A stretch of DNA of 36,713 nt from an uncultured Methanosarcinales archaeon. Lineage in GTDB: Archaea; Nanobdellota; Nanobdellia; Woesearchaeales; CAYNLP01. The translations under genes were made by a program, and so were the position numbers. Of this stretch, positions 36,245 through 36,713 are shown piece by piece. The stretch covers positions 1-36,713 of the forward strand of contig CAYNLP010000002.1 in the NCBI GenBank assembly GCA_964398115.1, in the 5' to 3' direction. The notes beneath the pieces are model-generated. The model did not search any database and was not told where the DNA came from. It was given only the letters and a program-made list of their open reading frames with translations. Each line of letters opens with the position of its first letter. Position 1 is the first letter of the stretch.

Positions 36245-36406
36245 TTATTGGGTGATTCTCTTCACAATGCGCGTTTCTTTCACATTAGGATGAATTTTGA
36301 AATTTCGTTCACAATAAACACATTTCTTTACGACCTCAGTTATTTTAGAACGTGGACTACACTTCATAGTTTCTTTACAGTCCGGACATCTAACCATGAA
36401 CATCAT
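36245..36406 (-). CDS. 53-aa zinc-ribbon micro-protein (not in ORF track)
   Basis: MMFMVRCPDCKETMKCSPRSKITEVVKKCVYCERNFKIHPNVKETRIVKRITQ*, with two CxxC pairs. Confidence 0.75.
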   Translation of the reverse strand: MMFMVRCPDCKETMKCSPRSKITEVVKKCVYCERNFKIHPNVKETRIVKRITQ

Positions 36407-36455
36407 TTTCTAATGTTTATAGCTGAGCTTATTAATTAATCTTATGGTAACTTGA

Positions 36456-36686
36456 TTATTCTTCTTTATCCTCTTCTGAATCTTCTTCATCCTTGAACTC
36501 CTCTAATTCTTCAATACGCTCGTCAGCTCTCTTACTCAATTCATCAATCTCTTTATCCAACTCATCCAACTCTTCCTGTGCTTTTTTTCTCTTCTCCATC
36601 GGATCTATCGCGTCTTCCATGTCAGGACCTTCAAGATCTTCTGAGGTTATCTTATCCTCCTCTTCTTTTTTCAACTCTTCCAGCAT
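36456..36686 (-). CDS. Highly acidic coiled-coil hypothetical protein
   Basis: 76 aa, Glu/Asp-rich with a heptad segment. In-frame stops lie upstream of ATG 36686. Confidence 0.6.
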   Translation of the reverse strand: MLEELKKEEEDKITSEDLEGPDMEDAIDPMEKRKKAQEELDELDKEIDELSKRADERIEELEEFKDEEDSEEDKEE

Positions 36687-36713
36687 CCAGAAGGATATAG
36701 CCTATCAATCCGA

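Noticed and set aside
127..36439. Numerous antisense or nested ORFs in the track (e.g. 8405-9181 -, 14649-15206 -, 7544-7960 +, 34291-34515 +)
   Set aside because: They are shadows of well-supported genes, with Ser/Phe/Leu-rich antisense composition and no motifs.
36652..36713. Possible 3' end of an upstream membrane protein on the minus strand (GLIGYILLDAGRVEKRRGG*)
   Set aside because: Only 19 codons are visible at the window edge and it overlaps the next ORF; cannot be supported.

Overview
Archaeal chromosomal segment with a compact, AT-rich layout and strongly acidic cytoplasmic proteins. The gene set and style best fit a salt-adapted DPANN archaeon, probably Woesearchaeales-like; this is inference, not a phylogenetic result. 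Most of the window is shuffled housekeeping genes: rpl34e (3' end), rpl14e, pheT/pheS, a TrmBL2-like regulator, pelota, Ham1, rfcS, a PRC-barrel protein, endonuclease V, M24 and M18 peptidases, PAN, a Trm5/Taw2-like methyltransferase, two EamA transporters, FEN1, EndA, NnrD and an ABC-2 exporter. The stand-out is a ~9.5 kb co-oriented cell-surface locus (8466-17925). It holds a class III signal peptide (pilin-like) protein with three internal repeats, a multi-pass membrane protein with a cytoplasmic coiled coil, and five tandem paralogous lipobox proteins sharing a Cys-patterned two-domain core. Two basic Tyr/Gly/Arg-rich secreted proteins follow it behind a palindromic operator-like site. Also notable: an ArmA/Rmt-like 16S rRNA m7G1405 methyltransferase homolog, five small ORFs missing from the ORF track (three Cys-cluster micro-proteins), a 19-bp exact intergenic repeat, and an apparent saw-tooth strand skew independent of gene orientation. 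No tRNA, rRNA, CRISPR array or mobile element was recognised. All calls are by-eye motif recognition; no searches were run.
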